Source of the DNA: Eledone cirrhosa
Taxonomy: Eukaryota
Length of the DNA stretch: 64,000 nt
Assembly (NCBI GenBank): GCA_964016885.1
Contig: OZ024743.1
Location: forward strand, 181,164,001 to 181,228,000
Direction: 5' to 3'
The notes beneath the pieces were generated by a model. The model made no database searches, was not told the origin of the DNA, and worked only from the letters and a program-made list of their open reading frames with translations. A program made the translations under genes and the position numbers. How positions within the stretch are numbered: the first letter of the stretch is position 1; every line of letters starts with the position of its first letter. Below are positions 63,522-64,000 of the stretch, piece by piece.

Positions 63522-63648
63522 GGTCCCTTTACGGTCTGAGTTCAAATCCCGCCGAGGTTTACTTTGCCTTTCATCCTTACGGGGTCGATAAAATAAAGTA
63601 CCAGTAATGCACTGGGTAATTGCTGGCCTTGTGCCTAAAGTAGAAACA

Positions 63649-63650
<2 letters not shown>
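63522..63650 (+). mobile_element. 5'-truncated ATT-tailed SINE inserted in (ATT)n
   Basis: GAGTTCAAATCC B-box, shared body, tail GGCCTTGTGCCTAAAGTAGAAAC then (ATT)n to 63690. Confidence 0.88.
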
Positions 63651-63690
<40 letters not shown>

Positions 63691-64000
63691 GTTCTTTGAG
63701 TCTCAGTCATTGATGTTAGTTAACTGGAAAGTTTGTTGAAATGAATATCAACCCACTACCTGCAGCCTCAGATATTCAGGACGTATCGGAGGGTTGTTGC
63801 TGTTCCCAGCAAGCATGCCTTTTGAAGCGTTCCAAAAATCATGGCGGAGGCAATTTTCTTTAACCATCTCTGGAAACTTTTTGAGATAGTCCCTAGTGCG
63901 CCTATGACAATCGGGACCACTTTGACTTCATGGCAGTTCCAAATCGTTTTTACCTCCCACTTTAAGTCCTGGTATCGGTTAACTTTCTCCCTCTCCTTCT
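63691..64000 (-). mobile_element. R4/Dong element 3' end (subfamily A-like; continues beyond the window; stop codon 63768-63770)
   Basis: TGAGTCTCAGTCATTGATG 3'UTR and LRYVLNI-stop. Confidence 0.9.

Overview
AT-rich, microsatellite-laden animal genomic DNA with no recognisable host protein-coding gene. The SINE family suggests an octopus/cephalopod, which is an inference. From about 14.5 kb to the end, the window is a dense array of non-LTR retrotransposons inserted into simple repeats. (1) Single-ORF R4/Dong-clade elements (RT + CCHC + restriction-like endonuclease) occur in six copies of two subfamilies plus a third, more distant family, all on the minus strand in (ATT)n; the copy at 59011-62403 is intact. 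(2) A two-ORF Tx1/L1-type APE-RT family ('Tx1A') sits in the same (ATT)n tracts but always on the plus strand. (3) A related family ('Tx1B') sits as a tandem pair in (GATA)n, and one copy is fully intact. An ATT-tailed tRNA-type SINE shares its 3' terminal motif with Tx1A. Several Penelope-like remnants with hammerhead ribozyme motifs sit next to (TA)n, including a perfect palindrome with 110-bp arms that encodes a complete hammerhead on each strand. Most other ORFs in the track are artefacts of simple repeats or antisense frames.
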